From assembly GCA_020024085.1 (NCBI GenBank), contig JAHHUG010000002.1, positions 1-48,872 on the forward strand: a stretch of DNA of 48,872 nucleotides, given 5' to 3'. The DNA is from Christensenellaceae bacterium (GTDB taxonomy: Bacteria > Bacillota > Clostridia > Christensenellales > CAAEEZ01). The translations under genes and the position numbers were made by a program. Positions within the stretch are counted from its first letter, which is position 1. Each line of letters starts with the position of its first letter. Below the pieces are notes generated by a model. It saw nothing but the letters and a program-made list of their open reading frames with translations. It was not told the origin of the DNA and ran no database searches. Below are positions 1-8,254 of the stretch, one piece after another.

Positions 1-28
1 ATCTAGTATATATATTTAGGAGGAAATT

Positions 29-1294
29 ATGGCAAATTTTCAAAAATTAATTGATGAAAAAGATAAGGCTGCCAAATACATGGTAGACGAAATTACACAT
101 ATTTGTAAAGATATGCCAAAAAGAGACCCAGGTAGCGAAGGCGAAAAAGTTGCTTGCGAGTATATGGCTGATGTCTTAAAGAACGAGTGTGGTTGCGAAA
201 GAGCCGATGTAGAGTCATTTAGTGAACACCCAGGTTCATTCTATGGCTGGTTGTACATAACTCTAACTTGTGCTTTGATAGGTCTTGTTTCTATTTTCTT
301 TGTACCTATCTTGGGTATCGTTGCAGTTTCTATTGGTTTTATTGTAATGTTTTTACAATTCGGTTTCTACAAGAAAACTATTGATAAACTTTTCCCAGAA
401 AAAACTGGTCACAATGTAACTGCTATTAAAAAATGTACTGGCGAAGTTAAAGGTCGTGTATTCTTTAACGGTCACCCAGATGCTGCTTGGGAATGGCCAG
501 TAAACAGAATGCTTGGTGGTATTGGATTTGAAGGTCATGCAATTCTTGGTATCGGTGGTGCTCTTTACTATCTAGTACTTAACTGCATCGCTGCTGCTAA
601 CGGCTTTATGGCTGGTATCATTACTGACTACACTGCTACAAACCCTGTACTTAACACCGTTTACCTATGTGCACTTGGTGGTATCGCTTTTGTACCTTTC
701 ATTCTTGGATTATATAGAATGTGGAACAAAAACCTTGTTGTTGATGGTGCTAACGATAACTTAACTGGTTGCTATATGGGTATCGCTATTCTTAAGGCTA
801 TGCACGATGAAGGTATTGAACTTGAGCATACTGAAGTTGGTGTTATCCTTTCTGGTTCTGAGGAAGCTGGTCTTCGTGGTGCTAAAGCTTGGTGCGAACA
901 ACACAAAGGCGAATTTGATGATGTTCCTACTTGGATTTACTCATACGATACAATCCATGATGCAAAATTCTTAATGGCTAACTACCGTGACCTAAATGGT
1001 ACTGTAAAGGCTGATAAGGAAATCAGTGATTCATTTATTACTGCTGCTAAAGAGCTTGATATCGCTTGCAAGAAAGGTTGGGTTCCACCTCTTGGAGGAG
1101 CTACTGACTCTGCTGCATTTGCTCAAGCTGGATTTAGAGCTACTGGTATTACAGGACTTAACCACAACCTAGAGAGCTACTACCATACAAGATATGATAG
1201 CTATGACAATCTAAGTGAAGATGGTTTAGCAAAATGCTATGCTGTTTCTGTTAAGTGTCTTGACAACTTTGATAAAAATATCAGCAATAAATAA
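29..1294 (+). CDS. M28-family zinc metallopeptidase with membrane-helix insertions
   Basis: ATG at 29 is preceded by AGGAGG (17-22). M28 ligand motifs occur in order: GHPD, GANDNLTG, SGSEEAGLRG, YYHTRYD. Two long hydrophobic stretches (aa ~72-114 and ~163-229) interrupt the fold. Confidence 0.8.
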   Translation: MANFQKLIDEKDKAAKYMVDEITHICKDMPKRDPGSEGEKVACEYMADVLKNECGCERADVESFSEHPGSFYGWLYITLTCALIGLVSIFFVPILGIVAVSIGFIVMFLQFGFYKKTIDKLFPEKTGHNVTAIKKCTGEVKGRVFFNGHPDAAWEWPVNRMLGGIGFEGHAILGIGGALYYLVLNCIAAANGFMAGIITDYTATNPVLNTVYLCALGGIAFVPFILGLYRMWNKNLVVDGANDNLTGCYMGIAILKAMHDEGIELEHTEVGVILSGSEEAGLRGAKAWCEQHKGEFDDVPTWIYSYDTIHDAKFLMANYRDLNGTVKADKEISDSFITAAKELDIACKKGWVPPLGGATDSAAFAQAGFRATGITGLNHNLESYYHTRYDSYDNLSEDGLAKCYAVSVKCLDNFDKNISNK

Positions 1295-1301
1295 TTAAAT
1301 T

Positions 1302-1330
1302 AAGCTACGACAAGTTCGTAGCTTTTTTAT
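1302..1330 (+). terminator. Rho-independent terminator after the M28 peptidase gene
   Basis: A 9-bp stem AAGCTACGA/TCGTAGCTT with a 5-nt loop, followed by a T-run. Confidence 0.7.
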
Positions 1331-1466
1331 TTTAAATTGTATTATTTACAACTTTCATTATATTACTATCGCTTTGTTTATATAGCATTAGTTTATTTAC
1401 TATAAACTGCTCTAGCAACATTAAAGCATATGTCTTATTATCATACTTAATAATACAAAAATATAT

Positions 1467-1496
1467 AAAAAAAGAGTAACCATATCGGCTACTCTT
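1467..1496 (-). terminator. Rho-independent terminator after hydA
   Basis: On the minus strand: AAGAGTA, an 11-nt loop, TACTCTT, then TTTTTTT. It starts 10 nt downstream of the hydA stop. Confidence 0.65.
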
Positions 1497-1505
1497 ATTT
1501 ATTTA

Positions 1506-3236
1506 TTAGAACTTTGGTCTAGGCTCATAGCTTGTATGCAATACTTCGTGAGCTAAATGGCTATTTGGCTCTCCAAAGAACTCATCATATAGCACCTGAA
1601 CTGCCTCATTTTTGTGAGATTGGCGAAGTGTCATATTTTTATCAGTATTATAAATTACACTTGCTCTAACCTCTTTGACATCTTGATTATTCCTTTCGTA
1701 AGCAGTCTTGATTGGTTGACCTCCACCGTTTACACAACCACCTGGACAACTCATAATTTCAACAAAGTGATATTTTGATTTGCCATCTTTAACATCATTC
1801 ATAATCTTACGGGCATTACCTAGTCCACTTGCAGCACATACATTAATAGTTGTGCCATTAATATCGAAACTAGCCTCCTTAATACCCTTTGTGCCACGAA
1901 CTTCGGTGAAATCAAGTTTATCTAGTGACTTTCCAGTTAAAATCTCTACAACCGTTCTTAAAGCTGCCTCCATTACACCACCTGTTGCACCGAACAATAG
2001 TCCTGCACCAGAACCGATACCAAGTGGAGCATCAAATTTTTCATCTGGCAACTCGTTAAAGATAATACCTTGCCTTTTGATAAGTCTTGCAAGCTCTCTT
2101 GTAGTCAAAGCAAAATCAATATCAGCATAACCCGATGCATTTTGGTCATTTCTGCCCTTTTCGTATTTTTTAGCAGTACAAGGCATAATTGAAACAACTA
2201 CAATATCCTTTGGGTCAAGGTTCATTTTTTTAGCATAATAGGTTTTTACAACTGCACCAAACATTTGTTGAGGCGACTTACAAGTTGACAAGTGACCTAA
2301 CATATCGGGAAAATTGTGTTCGCAGAACTTAATCCAAGCTGGTGAACAACTTGTAAACATAGGAAGTTTGCCACCATTTTGTATTCTATTTAGGAACTCG
2401 TAGCCCTCTTCCATTATGGTTAAATCTGCTGTAAAGTCCACATCAAATACTTTGTCAAAGCCAATTCTACGAAGGCTTGCAACCATTTTACCCTCAACAT
2501 TTTCGCCCATTTTGATACCAAATTCCTCGCCAAGAGCAACTCTAATTGAAGGTGCAGTACCTACAATTACTGTCTTTGTTTCGTCGTTTATAGCATCAAG
2601 TACATCATCAATATCATCTCTTTCTTGAAGAGCACCTGTTGGACAAGCTGTAATACATTGACCACAATTTACACAATCGGTATAAATGATATCTTTATCA
2701 AAGGCAGTACCGATATGAGTATTAAAGCCTCTGCCATTTACACCTATTGCGCCAACCGATTGAACCTTACTGCATACGGCAACACATCTTCTGCAAAGAA
2801 TACATTTGCTATTATCACGAATGATAATACCACTAACATCGTGGATATCCTCGGTTTCGACAGTATTAAATCTATGAGCATTGCAACCAAGTTCGTTACT
2901 TAATGTTTGAAGCTCGCAATTACCATTTCTTACACAAGATAAACAATCTTGTCTATGTTGAGAAAGCAAAAGTTCAACCGTTGTCTTTCTGCTTTTTAGA
3001 ACCTTTGGAGTATTTGTAAATACTTCCATACCCTCACTAACTGGATATACACAGCTTGCAACCATATTTCTCATTCCTTTGACTTCAACTACACAAACTC
3101 TGCAAGCACCTATTTCATTGATTCCCTTAAGGTAACATAATGTAGGAATTTTGATACCAGCCTTTTTTGCTGCATTCAATATTGTAGTACCCTCTTCAAC
3201 TGATACGGGAATATTATTAATTTTTAGATTTATCAT
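1506..3236 (-). CDS. hydA: [FeFe]-hydrogenase catalytic subunit, CpI-like M3 architecture (HydA of a HydABC-type complex)
   Basis: 576 aa. N-terminal 2Fe-2S motif (C..CRVC), His/Cys cluster (HRQDCLSCVRNGNC) and two CxxCxxCxxxC(P) motifs. H-domain motifs are FTSCSPAW, IMPCTAKKYE and EIMSCPGGCVNGGGQP. AGGAGGG RBS upstream. Confidence 0.9.
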   Translation of the reverse strand: MINLKINNIPVSVEEGTTILNAAKKAGIKIPTLCYLKGINEIGACRVCVVEVKGMRNMVASCVYPVSEGMEVFTNTPKVLKSRKTTVELLLSQHRQDCLSCVRNGNCELQTLSNELGCNAHRFNTVETEDIHDVSGIIIRDNSKCILCRRCVAVCSKVQSVGAIGVNGRGFNTHIGTAFDKDIIYTDCVNCGQCITACPTGALQERDDIDDVLDAINDETKTVIVGTAPSIRVALGEEFGIKMGENVEGKMVASLRRIGFDKVFDVDFTADLTIMEEGYEFLNRIQNGGKLPMFTSCSPAWIKFCEHNFPDMLGHLSTCKSPQQMFGAVVKTYYAKKMNLDPKDIVVVSIMPCTAKKYEKGRNDQNASGYADIDFALTTRELARLIKRQGIIFNELPDEKFDAPLGIGSGAGLLFGATGGVMEAALRTVVEILTGKSLDKLDFTEVRGTKGIKEASFDINGTTINVCAASGLGNARKIMNDVKDGKSKYHFVEIMSCPGGCVNGGGQPIKTAYERNNQDVKEVRASVIYNTDKNMTLRQSHKNEAVQVLYDEFFGEPNSHLAHEVLHTSYEPRPKF

Positions 3237-3248
3237 TTCTCTTCCCTC

Positions 3249-5030
3249 CTATTCCTTCACTATTGCACCGAACTTACAATTCTCGTAGCAAACACCACAT
3301 TTGATACACTTTGTAGTGTCAATCATAAATTTCTCTTTCAATTTGCCAGATATTGCATTAGCAGGACATTTCCTTGAGCATAACGAACAGCCTACACACT
3401 TATCGGTAATTACATATTTTACAAGTTTTCTACATACACCAGCTGGACATTTTTTGTCAACAATATGTGAAATATACTCATCTCTAAAGTATCTCATTGT
3501 AGAAAGTACTGGGTTTGGTGCTGTTTGACCTAATCCACATAGAGAGTTTTCTTTGATGTAGTGGCATAACTCTTCCATTTCATCAAGGTCCTTAAGTTCT
3601 CCATTTCCACTTGTAATTTTTTCAAGTAGTTCTAAAAGCCTCTTATTACCTATCCTACATGGTGTACATTTTCCACACGACTCGTCAACAGTAAACTCTA
3701 GGAAGAACTTTGCAATATCAACCATACAAGTATCCTCGTCCATAACAATTAGTCCACCAGAACCCATCATAGAGCCTATTGAGATAAGGTTGTCATAGTC
3801 GATAGGAATATCAATTAAACTTGCAGGGATACAACCACCCGATGGTCCACCTGTTTGGGCAGCTTTGAACTTTTTGCCATTAGGAATACCACCACCGATA
3901 TCCTCAACTACCTCACGAAGAGTTGTACCCATTGGGATTTCTACAAGTCCTGTATTTGTAATTTTGCCACCTAAAGCAAATACCTTTGTACCCTTTGACT
4001 TTTCAGTACCGATATTTTTGAACCAGTCTGCACCATTAAGAATAATTTGAGCAATATTGGCATAGGTTTCTACATTGTTTAGTAATGTTGGCTTGCCAAA
4101 CAAACCTTTTACTGCTGGGAATGGTGGTCTTGGTCTTGGCTCGCCACGATGTCCCTCAATAGAAGTCATAAGGGCTGTTTCCTCACCACAAACAAACGCT
4201 CCTGCACCTAGCCTTATTTCGACATCAAAATCGAATCCACAGTCAAGAATATTTTTTCCAAGTAGTCCATACTCCTTTGCTTGAGCGATTGCAACCCCTA
4301 GCCTTTTAACTGCAATTGGGTACTCTGCACGAATATATATGTAACCTTGATGTGAACCGATTGCATAGCCTGCAATTATCATTGCCTCAAGTAATGAGTG
4401 TGGGTCGCCCTCTAGGATTGACCTATCCATAAATGCACCTGGGTCGCCCTCATCGGCATTAACACATACATACTTAGTATCGTTGATTGAATTTGCAGCA
4501 AATTGCCATTTCATACCAGTAGGGAAGCCTCCACCACCTCTACCACGAAGACCTGACTCCTTGATAACATCAATTACATCTTGTGGCTTCATTGTAGTAA
4601 GTACCTTGATTAAGGCTTGATAACCATCGTATGCAATATATTCATCTATTTCCTCGGGGTTAATTACACCACAATTCTTTAGTGCAATTCTTGTTTGCTT
4701 TTTGATAAAATTAGTATCACTAAGTGCTGTGACATTTGTAATCTCACTTTCCTTATAAAGCAATCTTCCAACAAGTCTACCCTTGATTAAATGCTCCTCA
4801 ACAATTTCCTTAACATCATCAACTTGTACATGGCAATAAAATGCACCCTCTGGATAAACGATTACAACAGGACCAACTGCACACAAACCGAAACAACCTG
4901 TCCTTACAACTTGTACATCTTTATCTAGGTTATATTCCTTGATTTTGTTTTCAAACTCAACTATCAATTCTCTACTGTGGTTTGATGTACAACCTGTTCC
5001 ACCACATACTAAAACCTGACTTCTAAACAT
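3249..5030 (-). CDS. hydB: NuoF-like flavoprotein subunit of HydABC hydrogenase (NAD(P)H-binding, FMN, Fe-S)
   Basis: 593 aa. N-terminal thioredoxin-like 2Fe-2S (CGGTGC..CFGLC). Motifs GGGGFPTGMKW, NADEGDPGAF and ESCGKCTPCR. C-terminal 2x[4Fe-4S] (CVGCSLCSRKCP, CIKCGVCYENC). Confidence 0.9.
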   Translation of the reverse strand: MFRSQVLVCGGTGCTSNHSRELIVEFENKIKEYNLDKDVQVVRTGCFGLCAVGPVVIVYPEGAFYCHVQVDDVKEIVEEHLIKGRLVGRLLYKESEITNVTALSDTNFIKKQTRIALKNCGVINPEEIDEYIAYDGYQALIKVLTTMKPQDVIDVIKESGLRGRGGGGFPTGMKWQFAANSINDTKYVCVNADEGDPGAFMDRSILEGDPHSLLEAMIIAGYAIGSHQGYIYIRAEYPIAVKRLGVAIAQAKEYGLLGKNILDCGFDFDVEIRLGAGAFVCGEETALMTSIEGHRGEPRPRPPFPAVKGLFGKPTLLNNVETYANIAQIILNGADWFKNIGTEKSKGTKVFALGGKITNTGLVEIPMGTTLREVVEDIGGGIPNGKKFKAAQTGGPSGGCIPASLIDIPIDYDNLISIGSMMGSGGLIVMDEDTCMVDIAKFFLEFTVDESCGKCTPCRIGNKRLLELLEKITSGNGELKDLDEMEELCHYIKENSLCGLGQTAPNPVLSTMRYFRDEYISHIVDKKCPAGVCRKLVKYVITDKCVGCSLCSRKCPANAISGKLKEKFMIDTTKCIKCGVCYENCKFGAIVKE

Positions 5031-5039
5031 TTTTTCTCC

Positions 5040-5408
5040 TTATTCGCCTACAATATTTTCTTTTACAATATTGCCATTTACAATGTGTTCGGCAACAATT
5101 CGTTTTGCAACATTACTATCTACCTTAATGTAAGTAACCTTTGGCTCGTTTGGTACAATTACCTCAACAATAGGTTCAAGTTTGCACATACCTATGCAAC
5201 CAGTTCTAGTTACCCTTACATTTTTTAATCCTCGTTTTGCAATTTCGTCCATTAAGGTATCAAAAACAGGCTTTGCCCCTGCTGCAATACCACAAGTTGC
5301 CATACCAACAAGTATCCTTGTTTCTGTCTCGGTATTAGCTGTATCCCTTGCGATTAACTTTGCTTGCATTTGCTCTTTAATCGCATTAATATCTTTTATA
5401 GTCTTCAT
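5040..5408 (-). CDS. Thioredoxin-like [2Fe-2S] ferredoxin (HydD/HndB-like small subunit)
   Basis: 122 aa with cysteines in MATCGIAAG and TGCIGMCKLEP. GGAGGG RBS. It overlaps the upstream gene by 4 nt. Confidence 0.8.
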   Translation of the reverse strand: MKTIKDINAIKEQMQAKLIARDTANTETETRILVGMATCGIAAGAKPVFDTLMDEIAKRGLKNVRVTRTGCIGMCKLEPIVEVIVPNEPKVTYIKVDSNVAKRIVAEHIVNGNIVKENIVGE

Positions 5409-5947
5409 AATATCCCTCCAGACTCTAGCATATTTTCCTTAATCATATCTTCAATAAACTTGACTACTTCATACTCATTAATAGGTATTCCGTCAAGATT
5501 ATCCTCAATTTCCTTTGTATCTACAACAAAAGATTTGCCATTGTTATTGTATTTTAGAATGTATCTAATATCGCTATTCATATACACTAGCCCACTAAAT
5601 GTGCTAGCAATATTTCCAAGTGGTGGTCTATCAATATTATCCACAACAAAGGTCGCAGTAACTACTGTACCAACCCCTTTAGTAGACTTTATACTGAAAT
5701 CTCCTCCACTATTTTCACTTGCCATTTTGAATAAAGGAATACCCATACCAACCTTTCTTGTAGTCCTTGATGTGACAAATGGGTCAGTGATATTTTTAAG
5801 CATATCGCTACTGATACCACAACCATTATCCTTGATTGAAATGGTAAGCATATTATCCTTAACCGAAATATCAATCTCTATTATAGAACTACCTGCCGAA
5901 ACAGAATTCTCTACAATATCCAAAATATTAAGTGCTAACTCTCGCAT
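5405..5947 (-). CDS. GHKL (histidine-kinase-like) ATPase domain protein embedded in the hydrogenase operon
   Basis: 180 aa. N-box-like ELALNILDIVENSVSAG, G1 DNGCGI, G2 GMGIPL. The start overlaps the hydC stop (TAATG). Confidence 0.7.
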   Translation of the reverse strand: MRELALNILDIVENSVSAGSSIIEIDISVKDNMLTISIKDNGCGISSDMLKNITDPFVTSRTTRKVGMGIPLFKMASENSGGDFSIKSTKGVGTVVTATFVVDNIDRPPLGNIASTFSGLVYMNSDIRYILKYNNNGKSFVVDTKEIEDNLDGIPINEYEVVKFIEDMIKENMLESGGIL

Positions 5948-6441
5948 TATTGATACTTCTCCAAAATACCCTTTACATCTTCTGGTACGACCTTACCATA
6001 CACATCTCCATTAACTGTAAGAACTGGTGCAAGTCCACAACAACCAATACATCTTGTTGCTGAAATTGAAAATTTACCGTCACTTGTACATTCTCCAGCG
6101 TGAATACCCAATTCTTCCTCGATTTTTGCAAGAACCTCGCCAGAACCCTTTACATAACAAGCTGTACCTAAACATACTGCAATTTCATTTTTTCCCTTTG
6201 GATTAAGAGTAAATTGCGAATAGAATGTAGCAGTACCAAAAACCTCTGCAAGTGGAATATCTAATTCCTCTGCAATAATCTTTTGTACTTCCTCTGGAAG
6301 ATATCCATATATGCCTTGTGCCTTTTGCAAAGCCGGCATTAAAACACCCGATACTTCACGATTTGCTTTTAGGAACTCTCTTAATTCTGCCTCTTGCTCT
6401 TTTGTTCCTGTAAAAGCTACTGTACTTCCCTTAATTATCAT
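5947..6441 (-). CDS. hydC: NuoE-like [2Fe-2S] subunit of HydABC hydrogenase
   Basis: 164 aa with cysteine motifs CLGTACYVKG and CIGCCGLAP. GGAGG RBS. Confidence 0.9.
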   Translation of the reverse strand: MIIKGSTVAFTGTKEQEAELREFLKANREVSGVLMPALQKAQGIYGYLPEEVQKIIAEELDIPLAEVFGTATFYSQFTLNPKGKNEIAVCLGTACYVKGSGEVLAKIEEELGIHAGECTSDGKFSISATRCIGCCGLAPVLTVNGDVYGKVVPEDVKGILEKYQ

Positions 6442-6502
6442 AAAACCTCCATTATTTATATCATATAATTTCTAGTTATAATTCATTAAAATTTATTAAA
6501 CA

Positions 6503-7255
6503 TTATTCTACTTTGTTTGGATAATTTAGTAGTGGATTTCTCTTGTGCTTTGTACGATTAAATGTATTATCTACAAGTTTTTTTGTATCCTCTGTACCCT
6601 CTCCTGTAAGGATATAATTATCTAAATCCTTATAGGTAATGCCCATTTCCTTCTCATCAGTTTGTCCCTCGTATAGTCCAGCTGAAGGCTCTTTATCTAT
6701 AATTTGTCTTGGAGCATTTAGTACCTCAAGATATTCAAAAACCTCGGTAGCTGTTAAATCTGCAATAGGGTTAAGGTCGTATCCACCATCTCCAAACTTT
6801 GTAAAGTATCCCATTGTTCTTTCGCTTCTATTACCTGTACCTGCTACAAGATAATTTTTGTAATAAGCATAAGCATACAAGGTTGTCATACGGATTCTTG
6901 GATTGATATTTGCATAAGCCATTGTACAACTATCATCAACATAATCCTTTAGTTGCTCTCTAAATGCCTTTTTTATCGGAGTTAAATCCACCTCGATAGT
7001 TTTGATATTATATTTATTTGAAACTGCAATAGCATCTTCCCTATCTACAAGGAAATTCCTTTTTGACTCACAAGGCATAATAATGCACTCTACATTTTCG
7101 GTTGCCATTTTACAAAGTATGCCAACAAGAGTACAATCCTTGCCACCACTATTGCCAAATACTATACCATTTGAATGAGATTTGCTAACAACCTCTTTAA
7201 TCCACTCAACTCTTTTTTGAATATCTAATTTAATCTCTTGTTCTGTTCTAATCAT
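6503..7255 (-). CDS. nadE: Ammonia-dependent NAD+ synthetase
   Basis: 250 aa with PP-loop SGGKDC and the typical NadE C-terminal region. The start overlaps the end of the PHP gene by 8 nt. Confidence 0.85.
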   Translation of the reverse strand: MIRTEQEIKLDIQKRVEWIKEVVSKSHSNGIVFGNSGGKDCTLVGILCKMATENVECIIMPCESKRNFLVDREDAIAVSNKYNIKTIEVDLTPIKKAFREQLKDYVDDSCTMAYANINPRIRMTTLYAYAYYKNYLVAGTGNRSERTMGYFTKFGDGGYDLNPIADLTATEVFEYLEVLNAPRQIIDKEPSAGLYEGQTDEKEMGITYKDLDNYILTGEGTEDTKKLVDNTFNRTKHKRNPLLNYPNKVE

Positions 7256-7940
7256 AATTTTTCAAATACTCCAATAAACACTCTGCTGTGTTTTTACTTA
7301 AATTTATTTTACCTTTTCCGTTGCCAATATCTAATAATGTATGTGCATCAGAGTTTATAATTTGCAATTTGTCTTGATATTTTTCTATTGTGGTAGATTC
7401 TGCCAAACTGCTTAACTCCACCACCTTAAATTCATTATCCACATCACCTAGGATATTAACTATACTATTTGCCTCTCTATCAATATGGGCTGGTATAGCA
7501 ATACCACCATAGTTTTCTACAACATTTTTTAGTTTGCTCGAAGATATATTTGATGCTACAAGCAACAAATTTTCAATATGGTCGATATCCACTCCGTCCT
7601 CATTATAAACAATCTGCTCGCCAAAAATTTGCTCGTTGTTTTTTACCTTTTGAAGTGAAATAGTACTATAAAAATTTGCTAAATCCTCGTACCTTTTGAA
7701 GAGACACAAAAAATGTATATCCTCACTTGTTTGCAATTCTATTGCTGGAACTACGGTAATATGAAGTAAATCTCCTAGTTTTATTGCAACCTCAACATTA
7801 TCTATACTGTTATGGTCTGCAATCGCTATCATATTAATCGACTTTACCGATGCCATCGCAAGAATATTAATAGGTGACATATCGTTATCTGCACAAGGAC
7901 TAAGCCCAGAATGAATATGTAAATCGTAGTTTATATTCAT
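7248..7940 (-). CDS. PHP-domain phosphoesterase
   Basis: 230 aa. N-terminal YDLHIHSGLSPCADNDMSP and IADHNS, plus PAHIDRE and SDAHT, are typical PHP metal-ligand motifs. ATGA overlap with the upstream DRTGG gene. Confidence 0.75.
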   Translation of the reverse strand: MNINYDLHIHSGLSPCADNDMSPINILAMASVKSINMIAIADHNSIDNVEVAIKLGDLLHITVVPAIELQTSEDIHFLCLFKRYEDLANFYSTISLQKVKNNEQIFGEQIVYNEDGVDIDHIENLLLVASNISSSKLKNVVENYGGIAIPAHIDREANSIVNILGDVDNEFKVVELSSLAESTTIEKYQDKLQIINSDAHTLLDIGNGKGKINLSKNTAECLLEYLKNYD

Positions 7941-8254
7941 AATTCACCTATCATTTTGCAAGTAGAAAATACATCTTTATTTGAAGAATACAAGTTGACA
8001 TCATTTTCCTTTGCTTTAGTTACTAAATCTTCACTAACCTCTGCATCGCAAATAACAACAGCCGATACATCAGCAAGGGTTGCAACTGCTATAACATTAA
8101 TATTGTTCATAACAGTGAACCATACCGAATCCTCGGGAGCTTTACTCATTACAACACTTAATAAATCCCCACAAAAGCCTGTGGATATCTCTCTATCTTT
8201 TGCAAAGTTCAATGTTGTAAATCCATATTTAATTGATAAATCAGTAGTTTTCAT
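7937..8254 (-). CDS. DRTGG-domain protein (second copy)
   Basis: 105 aa. The pattern resembles the DRTGG fold as I recall it (hydrophobic core VIAVATLADVSAVVICD, then a short helix). It overlaps the upstream gene by 14 nt. Confidence 0.65.
   Translation of the reverse strand: MKTTDLSIKYGFTTLNFAKDREISTGFCGDLLSVVMSKAPEDSVWFTVMNNINVIAVATLADVSAVVICDAEVSEDLVTKAKENDVNLYSSNKDVFSTCKMIGEL

Noticed and set aside
5364-6014. A 216-aa plus-strand ORF opposite the GHKL ATPase and hydC genes.
   Set aside because: It is an antisense shadow of well-supported genes. The sequence is Ser/Leu/Ile-rich and I recognised no motif or RBS.
6483-6502. A Rex-operator-like palindrome, TGTTTAATAAATTTTAATGA (minus strand), just upstream of the hydC promoter region.
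   Set aside because: Only about 5 of 7 positions match per half-site relative to the TTGTTAA-N4-TTAACAA / TTGTGAA-type consensus I recall, and the spacing is wrong. Such matches are expected by chance in AT-rich spacers. I also saw no convincing Rex box upstream of rnfC or of the DRTGG operon.
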